Made by a program: the position numbers and the translations under genes
Assembly: GCA_038063715.1 (NCBI GenBank)
Contig: JBBTUO010000017.1
Location: forward strand, 22,518 to 86,517
Reading direction: 5' to 3'
DNA length: 64,000 bases
Origin: Patescibacteria group bacterium
GTDB lineage: Bacteria; Patescibacteriota; Minisyncoccia; Phycocordibacterales; SIBU01
Shown here: in pieces, positions 27,956 to 37,099 of the stretch
Position numbering within the stretch: the stretch's first letter is position 1
Layout: each line of letters opens with the position of its first letter
The notes under the pieces: generated by a model
Seen by the model: the letters and a program-made list of their open reading frames with translations, nothing else
Told to the model about the DNA's origin: nothing
Database searches by the model: none

Positions 27956-28658
27956 AAAGAGTGCAGTCCCTGCGAGCTTGCTCAAGCATTTCCAAAGTGC
28001 CAATGTCTTGATGATAACCCTTGAGCAGATAGCCGTAAAGAGCACGACTTTCGGCAAGCAACTTTGGAAAAATATCTTTTCCAAAATCGTAATCCCTATC
28101 TTTTGGAATGTACTTAAAAATCTCCGGCTCGACAATGTAAATACCCGCATTACCGACGTTTGTTGTCACATCTTCGGGTTTAGGTTTTTCCTTAAAACGC
28201 AAAATTCGTAAAGCATTATCCATTTCCACAATTCCCTTTGTGCTCGGATTGTCCCACTCTCGAAGGGCGATTGTGGCTACGCCTCCTTTTTTTTCATGAA
28301 ACGAAATCATGTCTTTAAGGTCAAGCTGAAAAATATTATCGCCGTATATAACAATACATCGATCGTCACCTATAAATTTTTCAAAGCGTTTAAAACCACT
28401 GGCGGTTTCCGATAGGGTTGGCTGATGTGAATCATATAGACGGACGCCGAACCGAGAGCCGTCACCAAAATATTCAGTAATTTTCAATGGAAAATAAAAT
28501 GGGTTGAACCCGATATCAATAATACCCTCTTTAGCGAGCCATTCAATGTGGTACTGAAGCAGGGGTTTGCCACCTATATCCACCATCACCTTGGGAATTG
28601 TTTTGGTCAACGGAAGTAGCCGAGTACCCAATCCAGCGCATAAAATAACGGCTTTCAT
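27939..28658 (-). CDS. hddC: Sugar-1-phosphate nucleotidyltransferase (D-glycero-D-manno-heptose 1-phosphate guanylyltransferase-like, HddC/mannose-1-P guanylyltransferase family)
   Basis: MKAVILCAGLGTRLLPLTKTIPKVMV N-terminal nucleotide-binding signature. I chose the start at MKAVIL. Confidence 0.72.
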   Translation of the reverse strand: MKAVILCAGLGTRLLPLTKTIPKVMVDIGGKPLLQYHIEWLAKEGIIDIGFNPFYFPLKITEYFGDGSRFGVRLYDSHQPTLSETASGFKRFEKFIGDDRCIVIYGDNIFQLDLKDMISFHEKKGGVATIALREWDNPSTKGIVEMDNALRILRFKEKPKPEDVTTNVGNAGIYIVEPEIFKYIPKDRDYDFGKDIFPKLLAESRALYGYLLKGYHQDIGTLEMLEQARRDCTLYENLA

Positions 28659-28726
28659 AAGGAATACACTAGCACAGATCTGTTCATAAATCATGTAATT
28701 TTCTAAGCTGGTTTTTGGTTATCAGG

Positions 28727-28735
28727 TGGTATACT
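28727..28735 (+). promoter_or_regulatory. Extended -10 promoter element TGGTATACT located 9 nt upstream of the ATG at 28745 (leaderless-type)
   Basis: tggTATACTattacgctcATG has the same geometry as TGGTATAAT-9nt-ATG upstream of the ATPase gene at 59076. Confidence 0.45.
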
Positions 28736-28744
28736 ATTACGCTC

Positions 28745-29725
28745 ATGATTATCACCAGAACACCCTTACGAATCAGCTTTGCCGGCGGCGGTTCGGACAT
28801 GGCAGACTTCTATCGAAAACATGAGGCGGCCGTTTTGAGCGTGACCATTAACAAATACGTCTATCTGGCAAGCCACCCCAACTTTACACCGGACAAAATC
28901 CTTCTCAAATACCGAAAAACCGAAGAGGTTTCGAATCCGCATGATTTGGAAAACGCCATCGCCGGCAGTGTTCTCTCTCAGCACAAAATAAACGGTCTGG
29001 AAATCCAAGTTCTAGCCGATGTACCCGCGAGCACTGGCATGGGGTCTTCTAGTGCTTTCGCTGTAGGACTCCACCACCTGATGCTCACCTATAAAAACAA
29101 AAAAACAACCTCAGAGGAGCTGGCAAAACTCGCGTGTCGCACCGAAATCGAAAAGCTCAAATCCCCCATAGGTAAACAAGACCAGTACGCCGCGGCGTAC
29201 GGCGGCATGAACCTCATTAAGTTCCTTAAATCGGGCAAGGTAGTGCTAGAGCCGATAAAAATAAAACTAAAAACTCTGAAAGAATTGGAAAGTAATCTGC
29301 TTCTTTTTTATACCGGCGCCACGCGACCAGCAAACACTGTTCTTGCAAAACAAAGGGAAAATATAAAAAAAAGTTCGGAAGCAACAGCAGCCCTCACACG
29401 TATGGTGGAAATTACACATCACATGAAAACGGAACTTGAACTGGGCAATCTGGAAACATTCGGCAAACTCCTTCACAACAGCTGGATGTTGAAGCAAACA
29501 CTCGCCGATACCATTTCGAATCCCGAACTGAATGCTCACTACGAAACGGCGCTAAAAAATGGCGCTACGGGTGGAAAACTCTTGGGCGCGGGTGGCGGAG
29601 GCTTTTTTCTTTTTTACAGCGAAAAAGAAAACCACGCCCGCCTTCGCCGCGCCATGCATATCCTGCGAGAAATTCCTTTCAAATTTTCAAGTGCAGGTTC
29701 TGCGATAGTCTTTGACGATCGTTAA
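28745..29725 (+). CDS. hddA: GHMP kinase, D-glycero-alpha-D-manno-heptose 7-phosphate kinase-like (HddA family)
   Basis: TPLRISFAGGGSD and PASTGMGSSSA GHMP motifs. The ORF call begins at 28715; I prefer 28745 because of the upstream extended -10 element. Confidence 0.75.
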   Translation: MIITRTPLRISFAGGGSDMADFYRKHEAAVLSVTINKYVYLASHPNFTPDKILLKYRKTEEVSNPHDLENAIAGSVLSQHKINGLEIQVLADVPASTGMGSSSAFAVGLHHLMLTYKNKKTTSEELAKLACRTEIEKLKSPIGKQDQYAAAYGGMNLIKFLKSGKVVLEPIKIKLKTLKELESNLLLFYTGATRPANTVLAKQRENIKKSSEATAALTRMVEITHHMKTELELGNLETFGKLLHNSWMLKQTLADTISNPELNAHYETALKNGATGGKLLGAGGGGFFLFYSEKENHARLRRAMHILREIPFKFSSAGSAIVFDDR

Positions 29726-30770
29726 TCCATTTTTTATTATGAAAACCAAACCTCTTGTCAGCGTCATAATGCCCGTCTACAATAATGAGGCGTTTTTGCA
29801 CGAATCAATCGAAAGTATCTTGCGTCAAACATACGATAATTTTGAGCTATTAATTTTAAGTTCGGAAAAAACCAGCCAAGAAAGTTTAGCAATTATAGAG
29901 AGTTTTACCGACCCGCGGATCTTACATGTTAGACGAGACACAACAAGCGCTATGATCTCCGACGCCAGAAACCTAGGACTTGATCGCTCCAAAGGGGTCT
30001 ACATCGCATACATGGACAGTGACGACATAAGTCTGCCCTATCGCCTGGAAACACAAGTGGCATTCATGGAAAATCATCCCGATATCGCGATAGCCGGAGG
30101 CTACGCTAAAACATTCGGCCTAAAAGCAGGCATCCTAATGAAAAACCCGATTCGACCCGAAGAAATGAAGGCCAATATGCTATTTTACGCCTCCGTGGTA
30201 AACCCAACCGCCATCGTGAGGAAGGACACCCTTAAACATGAAAAAATTCGTTACACTGCAAATTTAAAATATTGCGAGGATCTTGATTTTTGGATACACG
30301 CGTCACGAAAAGTAAAAATCGCCACAATACCTAAAATTTTGCTTTTGTACCGAACCCACGACAACAACGCCACACATCAGGAAAAAGATTTTCAGGAAAC
30401 ACTAAGGGAATCCATTTTTCAAAAGAATATGGATGAACTGGAAATACCTACGGACGACCAAAAAAGAATTCTCTATAAGACTATTAGAACTTTTTCTGCA
30501 GACTCCGCAAGCCCGAACTTTTTATCTTTAGCGGAAAATTGGTTTACAGACATTGCTCGAATTAATATTTCCAAAAATATTTATGAACAAAAATCCTTGG
30601 GTAACGTCCTTGCGAATAAGTGGTTAGAGATGTGCCGGCTCGGATCGAAAGAACTAGGACGAGATGCTTGGAAAATCTTCTGGCAATCGACAACCCGCAG
30701 TTGGCTTAAAAAAGATATCCGAACTGCAGGAAGAGTACTCAAATTTTTTATCGCTACTCATTTGAAATGA
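29712..30770 (+). CDS. GT2 family glycosyltransferase
   Basis: VSVIMPVYNNEAFLHESIESILRQTYDNFELLIL, DDxS and YMDSDD motifs. Confidence 0.8.
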   Translation: MTIVNPFFIMKTKPLVSVIMPVYNNEAFLHESIESILRQTYDNFELLILSSEKTSQESLAIIESFTDPRILHVRRDTTSAMISDARNLGLDRSKGVYIAYMDSDDISLPYRLETQVAFMENHPDIAIAGGYAKTFGLKAGILMKNPIRPEEMKANMLFYASVVNPTAIVRKDTLKHEKIRYTANLKYCEDLDFWIHASRKVKIATIPKILLLYRTHDNNATHQEKDFQETLRESIFQKNMDELEIPTDDQKRILYKTIRTFSADSASPNFLSLAENWFTDIARINISKNIYEQKSLGNVLANKWLEMCRLGSKELGRDAWKIFWQSTTRSWLKKDIRTAGRVLKFFIATHLK

Positions 30771-31920
30771 ATTCGATAATCCGACCCGCCCGCTTTTGCC
30801 AGGTAAATGTCGTAACACGCTCATAGGCTTTACTCGCAAGCCGCAGACAAAGATTCTCATCATTCAAGAGTCTAAGAATCACCTCCTCCAGACTGGCTTC
30901 GTCATCCGGCCGAACAAAAAGCGCCGTCGTGTCGTCCAAAATCTCCCGAATAGATGGCAGGTCGCTCGTCACAATCGGTTGACGTGCCGCCATATATTCA
31001 AACATTTTCATTGGCGACATAAAATTGGCGTAGTAATCTGTATTTGGATAGTTCATTACAAGAACATCTGACGCCCTCATAAATTGAGCTACATCTGACT
31101 GCGAAACGTGTCCAATAAGTGTATATGCTTCACTAGGAGCGCCAATACTTGACAACACTTGAACTAGTTCCAGTTTCTCCCCCTCTGCCAAACCAACGAT
31201 AAGTAAATGCGTGTTCTTATTATTTTTATGCAGCGAGGCAAACGCCGTAACAAGCCCGTCTACACCTTTATCCATCCCCATCGTCTTATATTTACCGACA
31301 TAGGAAATTATTTTCGCGGTTGTCGGTAATTTCAAATCGCCACGTAATTGTTCCCGTGACTCTGCACCAGAAAAAACCTTCAGATCAACCCCGTTGGGGG
31401 CAACTAAGATAGTTTCATCTCTAAAACCGGCTCTCACAAACTCCTCCTTAATAATAGAATTTACCGCGATCACACGTTCCGCCCTCATCAGAAGTGGCAA
31501 CAAATATTTTCTATATGAACCGATGCCGACATGAGTCTCAAACACAACCCTATATCCTAGGAATGTCAGTAAACACCCAAGATTGTCCATAGTATAGATA
31601 ATTCGTTTTCTAGAACGGAATAAAAAGTAAAGCATCACGTACAGATAAAAGAGTACGTATTGAGCCACAAACGCCAACCGACCAAGAACTGAACCGAAAA
31701 TCAAAAAATCAAAACTCCAAAGTTTTTTTATTTTAAAAGGTGACTTAACCGAATAGTACTTTAAAGGATTATCATGCACCTCCCTAAATCGTTTCGGCAC
31801 AACAAGTTCCACCTCAATTCCCTGTCCCGAAAAAGATTCGCACAATCGCGCAAGATAAGCACCGTGGGCGGCGGTACTTGGAAACCTTGTATTGCACAAA
31901 ACGGTAATACTTGTGCTCAT
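30754..31920 (-). CDS. GT4 (GT-B, group 1) glycosyltransferase
   Basis: The C-terminal E..(7)..E-type glycos_transf_1 block (FEYMAARQPIV) and an N-terminal GT4 donor-independent domain. Confidence 0.78.
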   Translation of the reverse strand: MSTSITVLCNTRFPSTAAHGAYLARLCESFSGQGIEVELVVPKRFREVHDNPLKYYSVKSPFKIKKLWSFDFLIFGSVLGRLAFVAQYVLFYLYVMLYFLFRSRKRIIYTMDNLGCLLTFLGYRVVFETHVGIGSYRKYLLPLLMRAERVIAVNSIIKEEFVRAGFRDETILVAPNGVDLKVFSGAESREQLRGDLKLPTTAKIISYVGKYKTMGMDKGVDGLVTAFASLHKNNKNTHLLIVGLAEGEKLELVQVLSSIGAPSEAYTLIGHVSQSDVAQFMRASDVLVMNYPNTDYYANFMSPMKMFEYMAARQPIVTSDLPSIREILDDTTALFVRPDDEASLEEVILRLLNDENLCLRLASKAYERVTTFTWQKRAGRIIEFISNE

Positions 31921-31921
31921 A

Positions 31922-33016
31922 TTATTTTGCCAAAACTTTTTTAAAAATATCTACCAAATTTTCAGCTAGACACTTAGTAGTAAAATGCGCCTCCGCCCTC
32001 TTACCAGCACGATCTCCCATCAAACGAGCACGTTCGGGATCATTAATTAATCCTACAATGGCCTCCCTTAGAGCAATTGAATTTTCTGGCTCGACGATAA
32101 CACCATCGACCCCATTAGAAAGATAGTCTGCAAGAGTTTCTCGTCTACTTGCCAAAACGGTCTTACCTAATGACATTGCATCTAGCAATACATACTGTCC
32201 GGAACAATCCGATGCATCCGTGTGCTTTTCACTCTTTGTCGGGATAACTACAAACTCCGCCTGGTTATATAACTTAATAAGATCGCCAAAAGGTACAAAA
32301 CCTAAGATATGCAGGTTACTGGGAATCTCTTTAACATCACTAAAATTTCTTGGCAATGCGGCAACTTTCACCTGTATAGATAGTCCCCGTACCGCCTCAG
32401 CAAGGGTAACGTAATCTCTACCCATGTCTTTACCTACGCTCAAAATGAAAGGTTCAACATTTCTTGGGATATCCTTTTGCTCCTCCTTTTTTCTCTGCAT
32501 AAATTCAACATCGATACCGTTCGGTATGAAAAAAATTTTATTCGCATCAAACCCCTGCTCAATTAAAAACTGTCTTTGGGCACTGGAAGGACAGAAAATG
32601 GCATCAAGTGAGGCTATAGTTTTTCTCACCGCCCACAAGCGAATTGGCTTATTCTGATTCCGTTTGATGATATTTGTGAAAAAAGTGTTATACCAGATAA
32701 ATTTAGGCTTTTTAAAACGCAGAATACATTTTGCTAGAAACGGCAACGACAAAGAAGCCCCTGAAAAAACAATGTCGTAGCGACCTAAAAATGGAATCAA
32801 AAATAAATTTGTAAGATTATAATTTTTCTTCCTAATATAATTCAGAAATTTATTTTCAATATATGTTGCGTCAATACCAAAATTCTTAAAATGATTAAAT
32901 CCAATAAGAAAACTATCTGGCATTAAACCTCTATTGAAATCCTCTTCCACTTTTTTTCTTTGCCCTGCAAAAAGATAGAGAACTCTGAGCGGATTTTTAG
33001 AATCATTCTTCTTCAT
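31922..33016 (-). CDS. GT-B group 1 glycosyltransferase
   Basis: The C-terminal half has the glycos_transf_1 pattern (VVIPTKSEKHTDASDCSGQYVLLDAMSLGKTV). Confidence 0.68.
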   Translation of the reverse strand: MKKNDSKNPLRVLYLFAGQRKKVEEDFNRGLMPDSFLIGFNHFKNFGIDATYIENKFLNYIRKKNYNLTNLFLIPFLGRYDIVFSGASLSLPFLAKCILRFKKPKFIWYNTFFTNIIKRNQNKPIRLWAVRKTIASLDAIFCPSSAQRQFLIEQGFDANKIFFIPNGIDVEFMQRKKEEQKDIPRNVEPFILSVGKDMGRDYVTLAEAVRGLSIQVKVAALPRNFSDVKEIPSNLHILGFVPFGDLIKLYNQAEFVVIPTKSEKHTDASDCSGQYVLLDAMSLGKTVLASRRETLADYLSNGVDGVIVEPENSIALREAIVGLINDPERARLMGDRAGKRAEAHFTTKCLAENLVDIFKKVLAK

Positions 33017-33024
33017 CCTATAAA

Positions 33025-34770
33025 TTATAACGCAGCGGACTTTTCAAGAATAAAGTCGCCCAAAACCAAAACATCCATTCCTGAATCAAAAAAACAGCGG
33101 ATAGCTTCGCGCGGGGAACACGCAATCGGTTCGCCCATAATGTTCATGGAGGTATTCAAAACAACAGGCGTACCGGTTATCTTGCCGAACTCTGATATAA
33201 GCCTCCAATAACGGGGGTTGTCTTCCTTAGCCACTGTTTGCGGACGGAGAGTGCCATCGACATGAACAACCGCAGGCAATTCCGCCTTCCTCTCCTTAGT
33301 ACAATCAAAAGAGGTTACCATAAATCTCTCGCTTCTCGGCTTCACAAGATATTTTTCTTTTGCTTCATCTATAAGTGACGGACAAAATGGCCGGAAAGCC
33401 TCCCTAAACTTAACTCGGGCATTTATAATGTCTTTATTCTCAGCCTTCTTTGGACTCATCAAAATAGAACGATTGCCCAGGGCGCGCGGACCAGACTCCA
33501 TTCGTCCTTGAAACCAGCCGACAATCTTATCCTCGGATAACAGACGCGCAGCTTTGAGGGGCGCGTCATCGGACTTTAGATAATGAAGACCTCTCCCCGC
33601 CAGAATTTTTTCAATTTCCTCATTTGTATATTCCGGCCCCCAATACAAATGATTCGCTACGGGACTCTTAAGAGTCCCTTTTTCTTTGGCGGCGTAGAGA
33701 GCGGCGCCGAGTGGCAGACCCGCATCTCCCGGATTTGGGTACGGATGATGCAACTCCACTTTCCCCGACTCCCAAATTCTTTGATTAAGTTTTACATTGA
33801 GGAAAATTCCTCCAGAAGTCGCCAAAACTTTTGTGTTTTCTTTCTCAAGCCACGGCAACACAAACTCCATCGTTTGCTCCTCAAGAATCCGTTGCGCTTC
33901 GGCGGCCACATTTTCCTTGCCATACTTTTTCACAATTTTCTCAATCCGTTGCGCATCATCAGAATGCCAATGAATTGAACCGAGCAATTTAAATTCTTTG
34001 GTTTCGGGAAAGTTATAGGCCTTAACCAGTTCTCCATTTTTAAATTCTGGATAAAACCCATCGAGAACACCCTGAACTTTCGTGAGGTCGCCATAGGGTG
34101 CGAGACCCATGGTTTTTCCCTCCCCATCTCCATGCCACCAACCGATCGCCTCTGTTACATTGCTGTAAAACCAGCCAAGAGAACTTTTGTAATCGTACTT
34201 CGCAAGAGGAGAAATTTTTCCATCCTCCCCTTTCCAGATACATGATGATTTACCGTCTCCAGAACCATCCATTGTGGCGATAATCATTTTTCTATCATCG
34301 TTTGAAGTGAAATACGCCGCGGCGGCATGGGCGAGATGGTGCTCGACAAAGGTCACCTTCGGCAGTTTGTCCAGGAAAAATTCCCGACAGTACAAAGGTG
34401 TTTTTATTCCTGTACTCGGACGATTACCAAAAAATAAACCTCGAACTATTTTTTTTCCCGCAGAATAAATCTTTTCCTTAAAATTCTCGGCTGGTTTTTC
34501 AGGAATAGCAATCTTTTGTCCGAAAATTGTCTCAATCTGATCCCCCACGGCTAGACCGGCGATGGCTATCTCATCAATTTCATGTACAGAAATACCTACT
34601 TGTTTTAAGCAAAATTTAATGGAGGCAAACGGCAAATCGCTTGAATGCTTGACGTGATTAAAACGCTCCTCAGAAACATCCGCTATTATTCGGCCATTAG
34701 AAATAATCGCGGCACCGGCGCCGTGTCCAAAATGAAGGCCTAAAATGATATATTTTTTCTGTGTTGTCAT
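33025..34770 (-). CDS. NodU/CmcH-family O-carbamoyltransferase (second copy)
   Basis: YIILGLHFGHGAGAAIISNGRIIADVSEERFNHVKH N-terminus, 581 aa. Confidence 0.88.
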   Translation of the reverse strand: MTTQKKYIILGLHFGHGAGAAIISNGRIIADVSEERFNHVKHSSDLPFASIKFCLKQVGISVHEIDEIAIAGLAVGDQIETIFGQKIAIPEKPAENFKEKIYSAGKKIVRGLFFGNRPSTGIKTPLYCREFFLDKLPKVTFVEHHLAHAAAAYFTSNDDRKMIIATMDGSGDGKSSCIWKGEDGKISPLAKYDYKSSLGWFYSNVTEAIGWWHGDGEGKTMGLAPYGDLTKVQGVLDGFYPEFKNGELVKAYNFPETKEFKLLGSIHWHSDDAQRIEKIVKKYGKENVAAEAQRILEEQTMEFVLPWLEKENTKVLATSGGIFLNVKLNQRIWESGKVELHHPYPNPGDAGLPLGAALYAAKEKGTLKSPVANHLYWGPEYTNEEIEKILAGRGLHYLKSDDAPLKAARLLSEDKIVGWFQGRMESGPRALGNRSILMSPKKAENKDIINARVKFREAFRPFCPSLIDEAKEKYLVKPRSERFMVTSFDCTKERKAELPAVVHVDGTLRPQTVAKEDNPRYWRLISEFGKITGTPVVLNTSMNIMGEPIACSPREAIRCFFDSGMDVLVLGDFILEKSAAL

Positions 34771-34893
34771 ATGCGACTAGAAGGTCTAAAACCATAATAC
34801 GGCTAAAACGAATTCAAAAGAATATTATCACAGTATGTGCAGGTGGTAAAATGACCCTAAGGTTTTAAGTGGCTTTTTCTATACCAGAACCTG

Positions 34894-34902
34894 TGCTACA
34901 TT
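34894..34902 (+). promoter_or_regulatory. Extended -10-like element TGCTACATT 7 nt upstream of the ATG at 34910
   Basis: tgcTACATTacatcgtATG lies in a 139-bp divergent intergenic region. Confidence 0.35.
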
Positions 34903-34909
34903 ACATCGT

Positions 34910-36184
34910 ATGAAAATCGGTTTCTATTTTGAGAGTTTCAAGGGAGAAGGCGGAGTATATCAGGTTGCCTTGAATTATCTTGAAGCACTCCGTGAAATAC
35001 CAAATCACGAATGTATCATATTCAACATATCACCGGACTTTCCCTATGAAAAATTTTCCAGTGTCAAAAATTGGAAAATTATTGATCTTGTAAAACACCC
35101 TCCGCAAAGCACTTTGCCCGAGGATGCAATCGTAAAAAGCATCCGACGTAAACAGTTGGTAAAGAGAAAATTAATTCTAATTTTTCTGGATGTACTCCGC
35201 TTTTTCCGTCTCTACAAACTAGAAAATTTCTTGGCACGATTTAAGGCAAAAAAAAGAGCTCGGGTGTTCAACAATTATGACCTAGACCTACTACTTTTTC
35301 ATGGCACCTCAGAACTCTCGTTGTATACCAAAATTCCAACCATAGTGATGATCCATGATATCAATCACAGATTGCACCCAGAATTCCCGGAGATGTCACA
35401 AAAGGGACAGTGGTCAAAAAGAGAATACGTCTTTAGTCGCATAGGTAAAAATACCTACAGAATATCTGTGCCTTCCGAAACCGGAAAAGCAGATACTCTT
35501 CGTCTGTACAACATTGCCCCCAACAAAATAGTTATTCTAAGGCCCTTGCCACCACCCTATTTAAGAACCGATCTTTCAACATCGGAACTGCAAAAAGTTA
35601 CTCGAAAATACAACCTACCGGAAAAATTTCTCTTCTACCCTGCACAATTTTGGCCACACAAAAACCACTACAACCTGGTGAGCGCGGTAAAAATATTAAA
35701 AGACAAGGGAACAATTGTCCCGCTAGTATTTGTTGGGTCAAGAAAAGAACTCTGGGGAGAATATGACAGAGTGGTTGATTTGGTAAAGAAAAGTGGCCTC
35801 GATAAACAGATTTTTTTCCTTGGGTATGTGCCAATTGAGGACATGTCTCCTCTCTATCGACTTGCAACAGGTCTCGTGATGCCCGCGCATGCGGGGTGGA
35901 CGTTTTTGCCAATCGTAGAAGCCTGGGCAATGGGATGTCCTATAATTTATTCCAGGACCCCCTGCTCTATAGAGCAGGGGGGAGACAGCGCTATTTATGT
36001 TGACCCGTACCGACCAGACGACATTGCTCTTAAAATCGAGCAACTCTGGGAAAATCCTGAATTAAGGAACCGACTAGTGCAGAATGGCAAAAAAAGACTT
36101 GCAGCATGGACTCAACTTGATTTTAACAAAACAGTTAAAAAGTTTGTTGATGATTTCGAAAAAGAAAAGTATCGTCGAAACTAA
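34910..36184 (+). CDS. GT-B group 1 glycosyltransferase
   Basis: The C-terminal block EKFLFYPAQFWPHKNHYNLVSAV...VFVGS....GYV matches glycos_transf_1. Confidence 0.68.
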   Translation: MKIGFYFESFKGEGGVYQVALNYLEALREIPNHECIIFNISPDFPYEKFSSVKNWKIIDLVKHPPQSTLPEDAIVKSIRRKQLVKRKLILIFLDVLRFFRLYKLENFLARFKAKKRARVFNNYDLDLLLFHGTSELSLYTKIPTIVMIHDINHRLHPEFPEMSQKGQWSKREYVFSRIGKNTYRISVPSETGKADTLRLYNIAPNKIVILRPLPPPYLRTDLSTSELQKVTRKYNLPEKFLFYPAQFWPHKNHYNLVSAVKILKDKGTIVPLVFVGSRKELWGEYDRVVDLVKKSGLDKQIFFLGYVPIEDMSPLYRLATGLVMPAHAGWTFLPIVEAWAMGCPIIYSRTPCSIEQGGDSAIYVDPYRPDDIALKIEQLWENPELRNRLVQNGKKRLAAWTQLDFNKTVKKFVDDFEKEKYRRN

Positions 36185-36238
36185 AATGTTTCTCAATTAG
36201 ACAAAAATTGTTATACTCCATATACACAATAAAGATAC

Positions 36239-36916
36239 ATGTCCACATCTCCCGATAATTATTATAGTGAACCGGACCACGCCTTGCGAGACAGGAGGTT
36301 TGACGAAAACAAGTCATTTTTTATCGACAAATTTTTTCCAACCAATAAGTCTATCCGAATATTAGACATCGGTTGCGGTTTTGGTCTGTTCCTGGAGGCG
36401 TGTGCCCGCTGTGGCTATAAAAATTACGAAGGGGTAGATGAGGGGAAAATGTATGTCGATTATGCCACAAAAAAACTCGGGCTACAGAACATCACCTGCT
36501 CAAATGCCATTTCATATCTTCAATCGTCCAAGGATAGACACTACGACATAATTACTATATTTAATGTGCTTGAGCACATCCCACGAAACGAGGTGTTGGC
36601 GTTACTTGAACTGATACACAAAAAACTTTCACCGAACGGAACAATCATGATCGAGGTACCAAATGCAGAGAGCCCGCTCGGATTGGCGACCCTATACTCG
36701 GACCTGACGCATGAATTCGCATACACCAATAAATTACTAAGCCATGTATTATCACTTTCCGGCTTTTCAGAAATAATGGTTATTCCTAAATACATCAATT
36801 CCAACAAAATACTTCGTTTGGCACAAAAAATACTAGCTCGAGTCATCGGTCTGAACAATAAACTATACTTCAGCGGAGACATTGTGGCTATCGCAAAAAA
36901 ACACGACTCAATCTAA
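36239..36916 (+). CDS. Class I SAM-dependent methyltransferase
   Basis: ILDIGCGFGLFLE motif I and the NVLEHIP motif. Confidence 0.75.
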   Translation: MSTSPDNYYSEPDHALRDRRFDENKSFFIDKFFPTNKSIRILDIGCGFGLFLEACARCGYKNYEGVDEGKMYVDYATKKLGLQNITCSNAISYLQSSKDRHYDIITIFNVLEHIPRNEVLALLELIHKKLSPNGTIMIEVPNAESPLGLATLYSDLTHEFAYTNKLLSHVLSLSGFSEIMVIPKYINSNKILRLAQKILARVIGLNNKLYFSGDIVAIAKKHDSI

Positions 36917-37099
36917 ATGTTGATTAAATAAAGGGTATTAACCTCAGGGCAAGCCTACACCCGTGACGAACTCGAAGACTCGATCTCTCCCGCCCCATAG
37001 GGGCGGGGTATTAAACCCTTTGTTCCGACTTCGACTCCGACGCTGTGTACGAGAGTACTCGTCCACGCGCTCCTTGCTTGTCGGAATAAACGTCGTTTT

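Noticed and set aside
36931-37099. tRNA or other canonical small RNA gene in the GC-rich intergenic region
   Set aside because: I found no cloverleaf, no GTTCRANYC T-loop motif and no acceptor-stem complementarity. I report it only as an unexplained structured element.
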